Shown here one piece after another: positions 9,731 through 20,329 of a stretch of DNA of 64,000 nt. The translations under genes and the position numbers were made by a program. Source of the stretch: an uncultured Rhodobacteraceae bacterium. Lineage in GTDB: Bacteria; Pseudomonadota; Alphaproteobacteria; Rhodobacterales; Rhodobacteraceae. The notes under the pieces were generated by a model. The model was not told the DNA's origin and did not search any database. It saw only the letters and a list, made by a program, of their open reading frames with translations. Every line of letters starts with the position of its first letter. Positions within the stretch are counted from its first letter, which is position 1. The stretch is taken from assembly GCA_965659465.1 (NCBI GenBank), contig CBFHVU010000001.1, positions 5,898 through 69,897 of the forward strand, written 5' to 3'.

Positions 9731-11104
9731 ATGAATATTTCGTTTCTTCTGAACGGAGAGACAGTACATCTGAGCGATGTACATCCAACCACCACATTGC
9801 TGGATTGGCTGCGCGAACAACGTGGCCTGACCGGCACGAAAGAGGGCTGTAACGAAGGCGACTGCGGTGCATGTACCGTCATCGTGATGGACGCGGAAAC
9901 AACGCGGCCCCTAAACGCCTGCATCCTGTTTTTGCCACAACTTCACGGCAAAGCGATCCGCACCGTCGAAGGCATCGCATCAGCCGACACCCTGCATCCC
10001 GCACAGCAGGCCATGATTGATCTGCACGGGTCGCAATGCGGATTTTGCACACCGGGTTTCGTCACTTCCATGGTCGCGGCGGGGATCAATTGCGATACAG
10101 ATCATGACACCACACTGGCGGGCAACCTGTGCCGCTGCACAGGATATGCACCCATTGCACGGGCAGCAAAACGCACTGAAAATACCCCCCTGCCAGATTG
10201 GGTGGCCACCGATCGGCAGGCGCTTGCCGCCTGCGCCAAGGCAGCGTTGACCGCGGCACAGCCGGGGTCGGGCGATGCCTTGGCTGCCCTGCTGATGGAT
10301 CACCCCCAAACGCGGCTGATTGCGGGGGCAACAGATGTGGGGCTTTGGGTGACCAAACACCTCTCTGACCTTGGGCCCGTTGCCTTCTTGAACCAAGCAT
10401 ACGATCTTGCACAGATTACCGAAACCGAAACACATTGGGACATCGGCGCCATGGTGACGATCGAAACCCTGCGCCTGTGGGCCGTGGACCATATGCCCGC
10501 GCTGGCTGACCTGTTGCGCCGCTATGCCTCGACCCAGGTGCGCATGGCGGCCACGCTGGGGGGCAATATCGCCAATGGCTCGCCCATCGGGGACAGCCCA
10601 CCCGCGCTGATCGCCTTGGGCGCCACGCTGACCCTGCGTCGCGGCGACACACGCCGCACGATCCCCTTGCAGGATTTCTTTATCGACTATGGTAAGCAGG
10701 ATTTGCAGGCTTCGGAATTTGTGCAATCCATCCAAATCCCCAAATCAGACCATGACCTGCGCTGCTATAAAATATCCAAACGTTTTGATCAGGATATTTC
10801 CGCGCTGTTGGGCTGTTTCAACATCCGCGTTGAAAACACCACAATCCAAGAAGCCAAAATCGCATTTGGCGGCATGGCGGGCATTCCCAAACGAGCCAAC
10901 GCTGTCGAACGGGCGCTGATTGGTCACCCCTGGACACTGGATACCATAACCGCAGCGCAGTCCGCATGGGCAGATGATTTCCAGCCCCTGTCAGACATGC
11001 GTGCCTCGGCCGATTACCGCCTGAAAACGGCGCGCAATTTGCTGATGCGGTATTTCCACGACCGCGCCGGCACCCCCACATCCGTGCATGAGGTAGCCGT
11101 ATGA
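9731..11104 (+). CDS. xdhA: xanthine dehydrogenase small subunit (2Fe-2S + FAD)
   Basis: ATG at 9731 (MNISFLLNGE). Motifs GTKEGCNEGDCGACTV and CRCTGY are present, followed by an FAD-binding domain. ATGA overlap with xdhB. Confidence 0.9.
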   Translation: MNISFLLNGETVHLSDVHPTTTLLDWLREQRGLTGTKEGCNEGDCGACTVIVMDAETTRPLNACILFLPQLHGKAIRTVEGIASADTLHPAQQAMIDLHGSQCGFCTPGFVTSMVAAGINCDTDHDTTLAGNLCRCTGYAPIARAAKRTENTPLPDWVATDRQALAACAKAALTAAQPGSGDALAALLMDHPQTRLIAGATDVGLWVTKHLSDLGPVAFLNQAYDLAQITETETHWDIGAMVTIETLRLWAVDHMPALADLLRRYASTQVRMAATLGGNIANGSPIGDSPPALIALGATLTLRRGDTRRTIPLQDFFIDYGKQDLQASEFVQSIQIPKSDHDLRCYKISKRFDQDISALLGCFNIRVENTTIQEAKIAFGGMAGIPKRANAVERALIGHPWTLDTITAAQSAWADDFQPLSDMRASADYRLKTARNLLMRYFHDRAGTPTSVHEVAV

Positions 11105-13386
11105 GCGTTTCCAAACCCCTACCCCACGATGCCGCGAAACTGCATGTCACAGGGCGCGCAAACTATATCGACGATATCCCCGTTCCCGCAAACTGCCTGC
11201 ATCTGGCCTTTGGCACAGCTACGATTGCGCGCGGGCGCATCACCAACATGGACCTAGGCGCTGTGACATCCGCGCAGGGCGTGGTCGCTGTGCTAACGGC
11301 CGATGATTTGCCCTTTGCCAATGACGTGTCCCCTGCGGCCCATGATGAACCGCTGCTGTGCGATGGACAGGTGCATTACCATGGACAACCGCTTTTCTTG
11401 GTGGTGGCGGACAGTCACCTAAATGCCCGCCGTGCCGCACGATTGGCACGGGTGGAATATGCGCCTGAAACACCCATTTTGACCATCGAACAGGCCCTAG
11501 CCATCGACAACCGGTTCGAAGAAGGTCCGCGCATCTATACCCGTGGCGATGTGGATTATGCCCTGCCACAGGCAAAACACACTCTTACGGGCAGCTTTGA
11601 CATCGGCGGCCAAGAGCATTTTTACCTAGAGGGTCAGGCCGCCCTGGCCCTGCCGCAAGAGGATGACGAAATGATCGTCCATTCCTCGACCCAGCATCCC
11701 ACCGAAATCCAACACAAAGTGGCCGAAGCCCTCGGCCTAGGCATGCACCAAGTACGCATACAAACCCGCCGCATGGGGGGCGGTTTCGGCGGCAAAGAAA
11801 GCCAAGGCAACGCATTGGCCGTTGCCTGCGCCATTGCTGCGCGCGCCACAGGGCGCCCCTGTAAAATGCGCTATGACCGCGATGATGACATGATCATCAC
11901 AGGCAAACGCCATGATTTTCGCATCACTTACCAGGTGGGCTTTGACGATGATGGGCGTTTGTTGGCCATTGATTTTACCCACTACACGCGCGGCGGCTGG
12001 GCGCAGGATTTGACGCTGCCGGTGGCCGATCGCGCCATGCTGCACGCCGATAACGCCTATTTCGTGCCGCATATGCGGGTCATCAGCCACCGTTTGAAAA
12101 CCAATACAACCAGCGCAACTGCATTTCGCGGATTTGGCGGCCCGCAGGGCATGATTGGGATCGAACGCGTTATGGATCACGTGGCCCGCCATTTGGGGCG
12201 CGATCCATGGGACATTCGCCGCCTCAATTTCTATGCCAATGCAAACAGCACAACACCGCAGGACACGCATTACGGCATGCCCGTGCGTGATTTCATTTTG
12301 GATAATCTCTGCGATGAATTGATCAAAACCAGCGACTATCAAAAACGCAAAACCGAAATTGCAGCGTGGAATGAAACCAGCCCCATCCTCAAACGGGGAA
12401 TCGCGATTTCACCTGTGAAATTTGGTATATCCTTTACCCTAACGCACCTGAACCAGGCGGGGGCCTTGGTGCATGTGTACCAAGACGGCAGCATCCGCAT
12501 CAATCACGGTGGCACTGAAATGGGTCAAGGTTTGTTTCAGAAATTGGCCCAAGTCGCCGCATCACGGTTTGGCGTCGGCATGGAGGCCATCAAAATCACC
12601 GCAACCGACACGGCCAAGGTGCCCAACACATCTGCCACGGCGGCCAGTTCGGGCAGTGACCTGAACGGAATGGCGGTGCAAATCGCCTGTGATACGATCA
12701 TATCGCGCATGGCGGAATTTTTGGCGCATCAGTACAACAAAACCCCCGATGATGTGGTGTTTCGTGATGGAACCGTTCAGATCGGCCGCCGCGAAATCAG
12801 TTTCGCCCAAGCCGCCATGACCTGTTATCAGGCGCGTGTCAGCCTGTCGGCCACTGGGTTTTACAAAACCCCTGATGTCGCATGGGATCGCATCGCGGGA
12901 CGGGGCCAGCCGTTTTATTATTTCGCCTATGGTGCCGCCGTGACCGAGGTGGTGATTGACACGCTGACCGGCGAAAACCGTATTCTGCGAACCGATATTT
13001 TGCACGACACAGGCAACAGCCTGAACCCCGCCTTAGACATTGGCCAGATCGAAGGTGCCTATGTCCAAGGGTCCGGCTGGCTGACCACCGAAGAATTGGT
13101 CTGGGATGACCACGGTCGCCTGCGCACGCACGCGCCATCAACCTATAAAATTCCAGCCATGGCAGACAGGCCAGATGTATTCAACGTATCCCTATGGGGA
13201 CGCGACAACCCCGCGCAGACGGTGTACCGATCCAAGGCTGTGGGTGAACCGCCGTTTATGTTGGGCATTTCAACCTATCTGGCGCTGGTCGATGCCATTT
13301 CGGCCTGCGGATCGGGGTACGCCAATTTGGATGCCCCCGCCACCGCCGAACGGGTGTTGGCCGCAGTCGTACGGGTGCGCGCATGA
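11101..13386 (+). CDS. xdhB: xanthine dehydrogenase molybdopterin-binding subunit
   Basis: 761 aa with aldehyde oxidase/xanthine dehydrogenase a/b hammerhead and MoCo domains (GGGFGGKE, AFRGFGGPQG). Confidence 0.9.
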   Translation: MSVSKPLPHDAAKLHVTGRANYIDDIPVPANCLHLAFGTATIARGRITNMDLGAVTSAQGVVAVLTADDLPFANDVSPAAHDEPLLCDGQVHYHGQPLFLVVADSHLNARRAARLARVEYAPETPILTIEQALAIDNRFEEGPRIYTRGDVDYALPQAKHTLTGSFDIGGQEHFYLEGQAALALPQEDDEMIVHSSTQHPTEIQHKVAEALGLGMHQVRIQTRRMGGGFGGKESQGNALAVACAIAARATGRPCKMRYDRDDDMIITGKRHDFRITYQVGFDDDGRLLAIDFTHYTRGGWAQDLTLPVADRAMLHADNAYFVPHMRVISHRLKTNTTSATAFRGFGGPQGMIGIERVMDHVARHLGRDPWDIRRLNFYANANSTTPQDTHYGMPVRDFILDNLCDELIKTSDYQKRKTEIAAWNETSPILKRGIAISPVKFGISFTLTHLNQAGALVHVYQDGSIRINHGGTEMGQGLFQKLAQVAASRFGVGMEAIKITATDTAKVPNTSATAASSGSDLNGMAVQIACDTIISRMAEFLAHQYNKTPDDVVFRDGTVQIGRREISFAQAAMTCYQARVSLSATGFYKTPDVAWDRIAGRGQPFYYFAYGAAVTEVVIDTLTGENRILRTDILHDTGNSLNPALDIGQIEGAYVQGSGWLTTEELVWDDHGRLRTHAPSTYKIPAMADRPDVFNVSLWGRDNPAQTVYRSKAVGEPPFMLGISTYLALVDAISACGSGYANLDAPATAERVLAAVVRVRA

Positions 13387-14330
13387 CCTTGGATCGCAGA
13401 CTGGCGCAACGCCTGTTGAAGCAGCACGACCGTGTGTGCCGCGTCTGCGTATTGCAAACCCGCGGGTCCGCGCCGCGTGATGCGGGCACGGATATGTGGG
13501 TAACACCGGACGGCCAAATTGGCACGATCGGTGGGGGTCAATTGGAATATGCCGCCTGCTCCACCGCCCGCGCGGCCATCACATCAGGCAAAACCCGCTG
13601 GACCAGCGCGCATGCCTTGGGGCCCGATATGGGGCAATGCTGCGGTGGGCATGTGACACTGGGTTTTGAAATCTTTGACGCGGCATCCCTGCCCGATGCG
13701 AACCAAGATTTATTTGTTCGCAGCTTTGACCCCGAACAGGATGTCGGCCCGGACATGGCGACATGGCGCGCGCAATATGTGGCCCATGGCCAAAGCGACG
13801 GATTTTTGTTTCATGACGGCATTGTGATTGATGCATTGCAGCGCGCGACACGCCCCCTTTGGATTTGGGGGGCGGGACATGTGGGGCGTGCGATGGTTGA
13901 AATTCTGTCACCCCTGCCCGATTTCAACATCACATGGATCGATACGGACCGATCACGGTTTCCGGCGGATATTCCCGACACAGTTGATATCCTATATACC
14001 CAGCACTGCTATGATCTGGCCAAACACGCCCCGCAGCAGGCCAGTCACTTGATCCTGACCTATTCACATCATTTGGATTTAATGATCTGCGACGCGGTTT
14101 TGCGGCGATCTTTTCATTGGGCGGGATTGATCGGGTCAGACACCAAATGGGCCCGATTTCGCAGCAGATTGACCAAAATGGAACATGAAGCTGCCCAAAT
14201 ACAGCGCATCACCTGCCCCATCGGGCGACGGGATTTCGGAAAACATCCCTTTGCAATTGCCATCGGGATGGCAAATTGCCTATTAGAGATGGAAGCCGTC
14301 CAAAACCTTGGAAAGGAAAAAACCGCATGA
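13383..14330 (+). CDS. xdhC: xanthine dehydrogenase accessory protein XdhC
   Basis: 315 aa XdhC/CoxI-like protein. ATGA overlaps with both neighbours. Confidence 0.85.
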   Translation: MTLDRRLAQRLLKQHDRVCRVCVLQTRGSAPRDAGTDMWVTPDGQIGTIGGGQLEYAACSTARAAITSGKTRWTSAHALGPDMGQCCGGHVTLGFEIFDAASLPDANQDLFVRSFDPEQDVGPDMATWRAQYVAHGQSDGFLFHDGIVIDALQRATRPLWIWGAGHVGRAMVEILSPLPDFNITWIDTDRSRFPADIPDTVDILYTQHCYDLAKHAPQQASHLILTYSHHLDLMICDAVLRRSFHWAGLIGSDTKWARFRSRLTKMEHEAAQIQRITCPIGRRDFGKHPFAIAIGMANCLLEMEAVQNLGKEKTA

Positions 14331-15832
14331 GTGATCATTTGCTAAGTTTGACCGGTTTAACCAAAGCCTATCCGGGCGTTGTGGCCAATGATAACGTCAG
14401 CTTTGCCATAGGCAAAGGCGAGGTGCATGCATTGTTGGGCGAAAACGGGGCGGGCAAATCTACGCTGGTCAAAATGATCTACGGTCTGGTCAAACCCGAC
14501 AGCGGTTCCATGGAATTAAACGGCAAACCCTATCACCCCCAAGAGCCACGCCAAGCGCGCGCCAATGGGGTGGCCATGGTGTTCCAACACTTTTCCCTGT
14601 TTGACGCCATGAGCGTGGCAGAAAACATCGCCCTTGGCATGGAAACACCCCCTTCCCCGCGTGATTTGGCGCATCAAATTCGCGATGTATCCCGTACCTA
14701 CGGCCTGCCCCTTGACCCGCATAAAATTGTGGGAGGCCTGTCAGCAGGTGAACGCCAGCGCGTTGAAATTATCCGCTGTTTGCTGCAAAATCCAAAATTG
14801 TTGATCATGGATGAACCCACATCCGTTTTGACCCCGCAAGAGGTTGATATTCTGTTCAAAACCCTACGGCAGCTGAAATCCGAGGGCACATCCATTCTGT
14901 ATATTTCCCATAAATTGGACGAAATACGTGCGCTTTGTGATACGGCCACAATCCTACGTTTGGGCCAGAAAGTAGACACCTGCACACCTGCAGAAAAATC
15001 AGCACGAGAATTGGCGGAAATGATGGTGGGCACCAGCTTTGCCAGCCCACAACGCCACGACCGTGAATTGGGCCCTGTTTTATTATCAGTCACGGGATTG
15101 TCCGTGCCTGCGGCAGATGCCTTTGGCACCAGCTTGCGCGATATTTCATTCGATATTCGGGCCGGCGAAATTTTAGGCATTGGCGGTGTGGCGGGCAACG
15201 GCCAAGATGAATTGTTAAGCGCGCTATCGGGAGAGACCCGTGTGCCTGGGGGCATGATTAAAATCAAAGGCCAGGATATCGGACAATGGGGCCCCAATGC
15301 CCGCCGTGAGGTCGGTATTTTATGCGCGCCCGAGGAACGTTTGGGCCATGCCGCTGCCCCGAACCTGAGCCTGAGCGAAAACGCGATGATGACCGGGGCT
15401 GCGCGGCGTGGATTGGTGTCAGGCGGCATTTTGAATTGGTCCAAGGCGCATGATTTCGCGCAAGAGATTATTGCCCAGTTTGATGTGCGCACACCGGGCC
15501 CGCAAAACGCAGCGCGATCTTTGTCCGGTGGAAATTTGCAAAAATTTGTGATCGGTCGTGAGGTATTGCAAAACCCAGATGTTTTGGTGGTCAATCAGCC
15601 CACCTGGGGTGTTGATGCCGCCGCCGCCGCCGCCATTCGCCAAGCGTTGTTAGATTTGGCGACCAAAGGCGCCGCGGTGGTGGTGATCAGCCAAGATTTG
15701 GATGAGCTCATTGAAATTAGCGATCGTTTCGGAGCGTTGAATGCAGGACGGATGGACAAGATTGAGCCGATGGCAGGACTGAGCATTGACGAAATCGGGT
15801 TAATGATGGGGGGCGCGGGAACAGATGTCTGA
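14327..15832 (+). CDS. ABC transporter ATP-binding protein (duplicated ABC domains, BMP/nucleoside type)
   Basis: ATG at 14327 overlaps the xdhC TGA. Two Walker A/signature sets are present (GENGAGKST, LSAGERQRV; LSGGNLQK). Confidence 0.9.
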   Translation: MSDHLLSLTGLTKAYPGVVANDNVSFAIGKGEVHALLGENGAGKSTLVKMIYGLVKPDSGSMELNGKPYHPQEPRQARANGVAMVFQHFSLFDAMSVAENIALGMETPPSPRDLAHQIRDVSRTYGLPLDPHKIVGGLSAGERQRVEIIRCLLQNPKLLIMDEPTSVLTPQEVDILFKTLRQLKSEGTSILYISHKLDEIRALCDTATILRLGQKVDTCTPAEKSARELAEMMVGTSFASPQRHDRELGPVLLSVTGLSVPAADAFGTSLRDISFDIRAGEILGIGGVAGNGQDELLSALSGETRVPGGMIKIKGQDIGQWGPNARREVGILCAPEERLGHAAAPNLSLSENAMMTGAARRGLVSGGILNWSKAHDFAQEIIAQFDVRTPGPQNAARSLSGGNLQKFVIGREVLQNPDVLVVNQPTWGVDAAAAAAIRQALLDLATKGAAVVVISQDLDELIEISDRFGALNAGRMDKIEPMAGLSIDEIGLMMGGAGTDV

Positions 15833-15895
15833 GGCAAGGGAGCGCCGCGGCGCGGCGCATGAGTATTTGAGCAAAAATGAAAGAGGGGGTGCGGC

Positions 15896-16984
15896 ATGAT
15901 TCGGTTAGAGAAGCGCAAGCAGACCTCTCGGTTTTGGACATATGTCACGCCGATATTGGCGGTAGTGTTGACGATGATTTTTGGCGGGGTTTTGTTTGCC
16001 ATTTTGGGCAAGGATCCTGTGTTGGCGATCAAGACGATATTTTGGGATCCTGTGTTTGGGGAGTTTGCGTTTTATTACCGCCCTGAGGTGTTAAAGAAGG
16101 CAGCACCGCTGATATTGATCGCGGTTGGACTGTCCTATGGATTTAAGGCGGGCATTTGGAATATTGGCGCTGAGGGTCAATATATCATCGGCGCGATATG
16201 TGCAGCCGGTGTGGCATTGTCATTTTATCCGATGGAGGGGCGTTGGTTTATTTTCCCGCTGATGATTATCGCAGGTGTCCTAGGTGGCATGATTTGGGCC
16301 ATGGTTCCTGCGTTGTTGCGGGTTTATTTCAAGACCAACGAGATTTTGGTATCCTTGATGTTGGTGTATGTGGCAGATGTCTTGATCAAAGCGTTTTCGA
16401 TTGGATTGATGCGTAATCCCGATGGTCATGGATTTCCTGGCAGCCGTAATTTGAACGATTATTCATCCGCCGCAAATTTGGAATTGATTGCCGGAACCGG
16501 TCTGCATTGGGGGGTGATTGCCGCGATTGGCGTTGTTGTGGCAAGCTATGCCATTCTGGCGCGCCATCAATTCGGGTTTCATGTTCGGTTGACTGGCGAA
16601 AGCCCGCGGGCCGCCGGATTTGCGGGCGTGAATGCCAATCGGTTGATTATGGTGTGTTTCCTGATTTCTGGCGGTTTGGCCGGTGTTGCAGGCATGTTTG
16701 AGGTATCTGGCCCTGCGGCGCAGATTTTGGGCAGTTTCCCATCCGCCTATGGCTTTACCGCGATTATCGTTGCATTTTTGGGGCGGCTGAACCCTGTGGG
16801 CATATTGCTGGCGGGGTTGTTATTGGCGTTAACTTATGTCGGAGGCAGCGCCGCTGAAACAGCGATGAATATTCCATCGGCCACAATTCAGATCTTCCAG
16901 GGAATGCTGCTGTTTGTGCTATTGTCTGTGGATGTTTTGACCAATTACCGGTTGCGGTGGGCAGCCAAGGCGGGGGGCGTTTGA
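15896..16984 (+). CDS. ABC transporter permease
   Basis: 362 aa polytopic membrane protein adjacent to the ATPase. Confidence 0.85.
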   Translation: MIRLEKRKQTSRFWTYVTPILAVVLTMIFGGVLFAILGKDPVLAIKTIFWDPVFGEFAFYYRPEVLKKAAPLILIAVGLSYGFKAGIWNIGAEGQYIIGAICAAGVALSFYPMEGRWFIFPLMIIAGVLGGMIWAMVPALLRVYFKTNEILVSLMLVYVADVLIKAFSIGLMRNPDGHGFPGSRNLNDYSSAANLELIAGTGLHWGVIAAIGVVVASYAILARHQFGFHVRLTGESPRAAGFAGVNANRLIMVCFLISGGLAGVAGMFEVSGPAAQILGSFPSAYGFTAIIVAFLGRLNPVGILLAGLLLALTYVGGSAAETAMNIPSATIQIFQGMLLFVLLSVDVLTNYRLRWAAKAGGV

Positions 16985-16985
16985 T

Positions 16986-17891
16986 ATGGATATCAACCCG
17001 ATACTATTAGCAGCAGCGATTATGGTCGCATCGACCCCCATTTTATTGGCGGCGATCGGCGAATTGGTAGTCGAACGCGCTGGTGTTTTGAATTTAGGTG
17101 TCGAAGGTATGATGATCACCGGTGCGGTGGTTGGATTTATCGCAGCCCATGAAAGTGAAAGCGCCACCTTGGGGTTCATGGGAGCAGCCCTTGGTGGGGC
17201 GGCGGTGTCGGTGATATTTGGTCTGTTGACCCAATTTTTGCTGACCAATCAGGTGGCAACAGGATTGGCCTTGACCCTGTTTGGTGTGGGCCTGTCTGCA
17301 TTGGTGGGCCAAGGGTATGACACCACCACACAGGTGCCTGTTCCGAAAATGCCGATCCCTGTGTTATCGGATATTCCCATCATTGGGACCATTTTGTTCC
17401 GGCATGACGCGATGGTGTATCTAAGCCTGCTGATCGTGGCCGGCGTGTTCGTGTTTTTGACAAAAACACGCGCCGGCATGATTTTGCGTGCCGTTGGCGA
17501 AAACCATGATGCGGCCCACGCTCTGGGGTATAAGGTCCGCCGTGTGCGCATGATGGCCATTATGTTTGGCGGGGCCTGCGCCGGTTTGGGCGGGGCCTAT
17601 ATCAGTTTGGTGCGCGTGCCACAGTGGGTGGATAATATCACTGCGGGAACGGGTTGGATTGCCTTGGCGATTGTTGTATTTGCCAGCTGGAAACCATGGC
17701 GATTGTTATTGGGTGCCTATTTATTTGGCGGGGTCACCGCGTTACAGATTAATATTCAGGCAGAGGGGCTGGATATACCTGTCGAATATCTGTCAATGTC
17801 GCCCTATATTGCCACGATCGTCGTATTAGTCATAATATCAGGCGGACGCGCCCCCGGATCGTTGGGAAAAATTTTCCACGCCTCGTCATAG
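16986..17891 (+). CDS. ABC transporter permease
   Basis: 301 aa polytopic membrane protein. Its start is 1 nt after the preceding stop. Confidence 0.85.
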   Translation: MDINPILLAAAIMVASTPILLAAIGELVVERAGVLNLGVEGMMITGAVVGFIAAHESESATLGFMGAALGGAAVSVIFGLLTQFLLTNQVATGLALTLFGVGLSALVGQGYDTTTQVPVPKMPIPVLSDIPIIGTILFRHDAMVYLSLLIVAGVFVFLTKTRAGMILRAVGENHDAAHALGYKVRRVRMMAIMFGGACAGLGGAYISLVRVPQWVDNITAGTGWIALAIVVFASWKPWRLLLGAYLFGGVTALQINIQAEGLDIPVEYLSMSPYIATIVVLVIISGGRAPGSLGKIFHASS

Positions 17892-17943
17892 GGTGTGGTA
17901 TATGCATCGCGGAATAGTCCGCAACAATAGGAGAGAAGAACAC

Positions 17944-19026
17944 ATGAACCGCAGATCTTTATTAGCCGCTGGCGCAACAGCTGCAATTGCCGCCGCTTTG
18001 GGCGCACCACTGCGTGCCAATGGTAAAATCAAAGTAGGTTTCATCTATGTTGGCCCAATCAACGACGGTGGCTGGACACAGCACCACCATCATTCCGCCA
18101 AGGAAATGGTTGAACATTTCGGCGATGCCGTTGATTTAGTGTACCAAGAAAACGTCCCCGAGGGACCAGACGCAGAACGCGCAATCACACAGATGTGCTT
18201 GGGCGGGGCTGACATCATCTTTACCACGTCGTTTGGTTTTATGGATCCAACCATCAACGTTGCCAAGAAATTCCCAAATGTGAAATTCGAACACGCAACA
18301 GGGTACAAACAGGCCGACAACGTATCAGTATACTCAGCCCGTTTCTACGAAGGTCGCGCGATTCAGGGCACCCTGGCCGGTCGTGTCACCAAAACTAACA
18401 AAGTGGGCTATATCGCATCCGTTCCAATCCCCGAGGTTGTGCGCGGCATCAACTCGGCCTTTATCCATGCACGCAAGGTAAACCCAGACGTAGAATTCAA
18501 AATTGTTTGGATTTTCGAATGGTTGAACCCCGCCAAAGAGGCCGACGCCGCCAAGGCGTTGATCGAACAGGGCTGCGACGTTGTTCTGCAACACACCGAT
18601 TCGACCGCACCACACGCAGCCGCGAAAGAGGCAGGTGGCGTTTACACATTCGGCCAAGCCGCAGATATGGCGGAATACGGCCCAATGCCGCGCATTTCAT
18701 CCATCATCGACAACTGGGCGCCATATTACATCGCACGCGTTCAGGCGGCAATGGACGGCACATGGACATCCGTGAACACGTGGGATGGGATCAGCACAGG
18801 CATGGTTGGCATCGGTGAAATTTCCAACGCCGTTCCAGCCGATGCGAAAGCCGAAGCAGAAGCAATGCGCGATGCAATCGCGGCAGGCGAATACCATCCA
18901 TTCACCGGACCAATCAATAAACAAGACGGTTCCGTTTGGTTGGCCGAGGGCGAAATCGCAGACGATGGCGCATTGGCCGGTCTGAATTTCTATGTCGAAG
19001 GCATCACAGGCAATATCCCAAGCTAA
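17944..19026 (+). CDS. BMP family (Med/PnrA-like) ABC substrate-binding protein with Tat-like signal
   Basis: ATG at 17944. MNRRSLLAAGATAAIAAALGAP is a twin-arginine type signal. The fold resembles the BMP lipoprotein family. Confidence 0.85.
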   Translation: MNRRSLLAAGATAAIAAALGAPLRANGKIKVGFIYVGPINDGGWTQHHHHSAKEMVEHFGDAVDLVYQENVPEGPDAERAITQMCLGGADIIFTTSFGFMDPTINVAKKFPNVKFEHATGYKQADNVSVYSARFYEGRAIQGTLAGRVTKTNKVGYIASVPIPEVVRGINSAFIHARKVNPDVEFKIVWIFEWLNPAKEADAAKALIEQGCDVVLQHTDSTAPHAAAKEAGGVYTFGQAADMAEYGPMPRISSIIDNWAPYYIARVQAAMDGTWTSVNTWDGISTGMVGIGEISNAVPADAKAEAEAMRDAIAAGEYHPFTGPINKQDGSVWLAEGEIADDGALAGLNFYVEGITGNIPS

Positions 19027-19048
19027 GGGATCAGCATTGAAACGTAAC

Positions 19049-19078
19049 AACGCCCCGCCCATTCGGTGGGGCGTTTTG
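19049..19078. terminator. GC-rich hairpin between convergent genes (end of the xdh-ABC operon / CBS gene)
   Basis: AACGCCCCGCC-CATTC-GGTGGGGCGTT followed by TTTT on the plus strand, with a T-rich tract on the other strand too. Confidence 0.7.
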
Positions 19079-19085
19079 CATTGAT

Positions 19086-19604
19086 TTAGCGATGCATCGG
19101 AATGACGTTGTCCAAATCATCCTCGGCCATGGCCAGCAGGAAATTCAAAATCTGTTTTTCCATGGTCTTACGCAGGGCGGCTATCACATCCTTAAGCGAT
19201 AGCATCTGACAGAATTTGCCGGCTTCGCATTCAATGGGCAGATGCCGGACGTTATTTTCCAACATGACGGCCAGCGCCGTCAAAACAGACTGATCGCGCC
19301 CCAATGTGATGGGATTTGGGGTCATAATATCACGGATTCGGGTTTGGCCCGCGCGTTTGTCTTCGGCCACACAGCGGCGCACGATATCGCGTTCACTGAC
19401 GATCCCGATCAAAACACCATCTTGTACCAAGGCAAGCGCCCCAATATTGCGCCGAGCCATGACCTTAGTCGCCCAACGCACCAATGCATCGGGGCCAATT
19501 GAAATCATTTCGACCTTTTTAGGTAGGTCTTTGATCAAAGTCGTGTCACAGCCTATCTCCTGTTTGCATTTAAAATCTAATGTCTGTATGAACGATCTTA
19601 GCAT
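19086..19604 (-). CDS. CBS domain pair protein
   Basis: 172 aa with two CBS repeats (..IGALALV.., ..VRHLPIE..). The start is uncertain because the N-terminal codons are AT-rich. Confidence 0.7.
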   Translation of the reverse strand: MLRSFIQTLDFKCKQEIGCDTTLIKDLPKKVEMISIGPDALVRWATKVMARRNIGALALVQDGVLIGIVSERDIVRRCVAEDKRAGQTRIRDIMTPNPITLGRDQSVLTALAVMLENNVRHLPIECEAGKFCQMLSLKDVIAALRKTMEKQILNFLLAMAEDDLDNVIPMHR

Positions 19605-19720
19605 CTATTCTATTACACCTAATAATCATTTTAATAACTTTGGTTCACAATTTCGATCGAATTGACGCGCGGCAGAGGGGGCGATAGTGTCATCCGCTAA
19701 ACAGCCAAGGGACATGCCGC

Positions 19721-20326
19721 ATGACTGACAAAATCTTTGCCGATTGGGCAGAACGGAACAAAGCGCCCATTGCAGATGTTATGGCCGAATTTTTGCCCAC
19801 TACGGGCAAAGTGTTGGAAATCGCCAGCGGATCGGGGCAGCATATTGTCCATTTTGCACAACGGTTTCCATCGCTGAACTGGCAGCCAACCGATTTACAG
19901 GCCGATCGCGTGGCGTCGATCAATGCCTATCGCACTGAGTCTGGGTGCAACAACATTCACCCCGCCCGCCAATTGGATGCACGTCAGGCCAATACAGAAT
20001 GGACAAACGGATCGTATCAGGCGGTGGTGATCGTCAATGTGTTCCATTTGATCAGCACACCTGACACCCGCGCCATAATCGTCAATACGGCGCAGGCTTT
20101 GGCCCCGGGGGGCATGTTGTTCATCTATGGCCCGTTTATGCGCGGCGGTGAATTGACCAGCGCAGGGGATCAGGACTTTGATCAGCGGATCAGGTCTGAG
20201 ACCCCAGACGCCGGCTACAAAGATGATTTCGATATGATCGACTGGATCCAAGAGGAATGGTTGGACATGCGATTGGTCGCCGAAATGCCCGCCAATAACC
20301 TGATGCTGGTCGCGGCCAAACCCTAG
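19721..20326 (+). CDS. class I SAM-dependent methyltransferase (DUF938-like)
   Basis: 201 aa with a VLEIASGSGQH SAM-binding motif. Confidence 0.75.
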   Translation: MTDKIFADWAERNKAPIADVMAEFLPTTGKVLEIASGSGQHIVHFAQRFPSLNWQPTDLQADRVASINAYRTESGCNNIHPARQLDARQANTEWTNGSYQAVVIVNVFHLISTPDTRAIIVNTAQALAPGGMLFIYGPFMRGGELTSAGDQDFDQRIRSETPDAGYKDDFDMIDWIQEEWLDMRLVAEMPANNLMLVAAKP

Positions 20327-20329
20327 ACC

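Noticed and set aside
14698-15594. Long antisense ORFs listed in the six-frame track. Examples: 9980..10735, 11737..12342, 14698..15594, 21457..22191, 32499..33308, 44628..45371, 55889..56677 and 60317..60952.
   Set aside because: Each lies entirely opposite a confidently identified conserved gene. Their products are Arg/Pro/Gly-rich and low-complexity, which is typical of non-coding frames in GC-biased coding DNA. None has a recognisable domain or RBS.
15617-15634. (GCC)6 trinucleotide repeat.
   Set aside because: It lies inside the ABC ATPase gene and simply encodes an Ala6 tract in frame. It is too short to call a functional repeat or a contingency locus.
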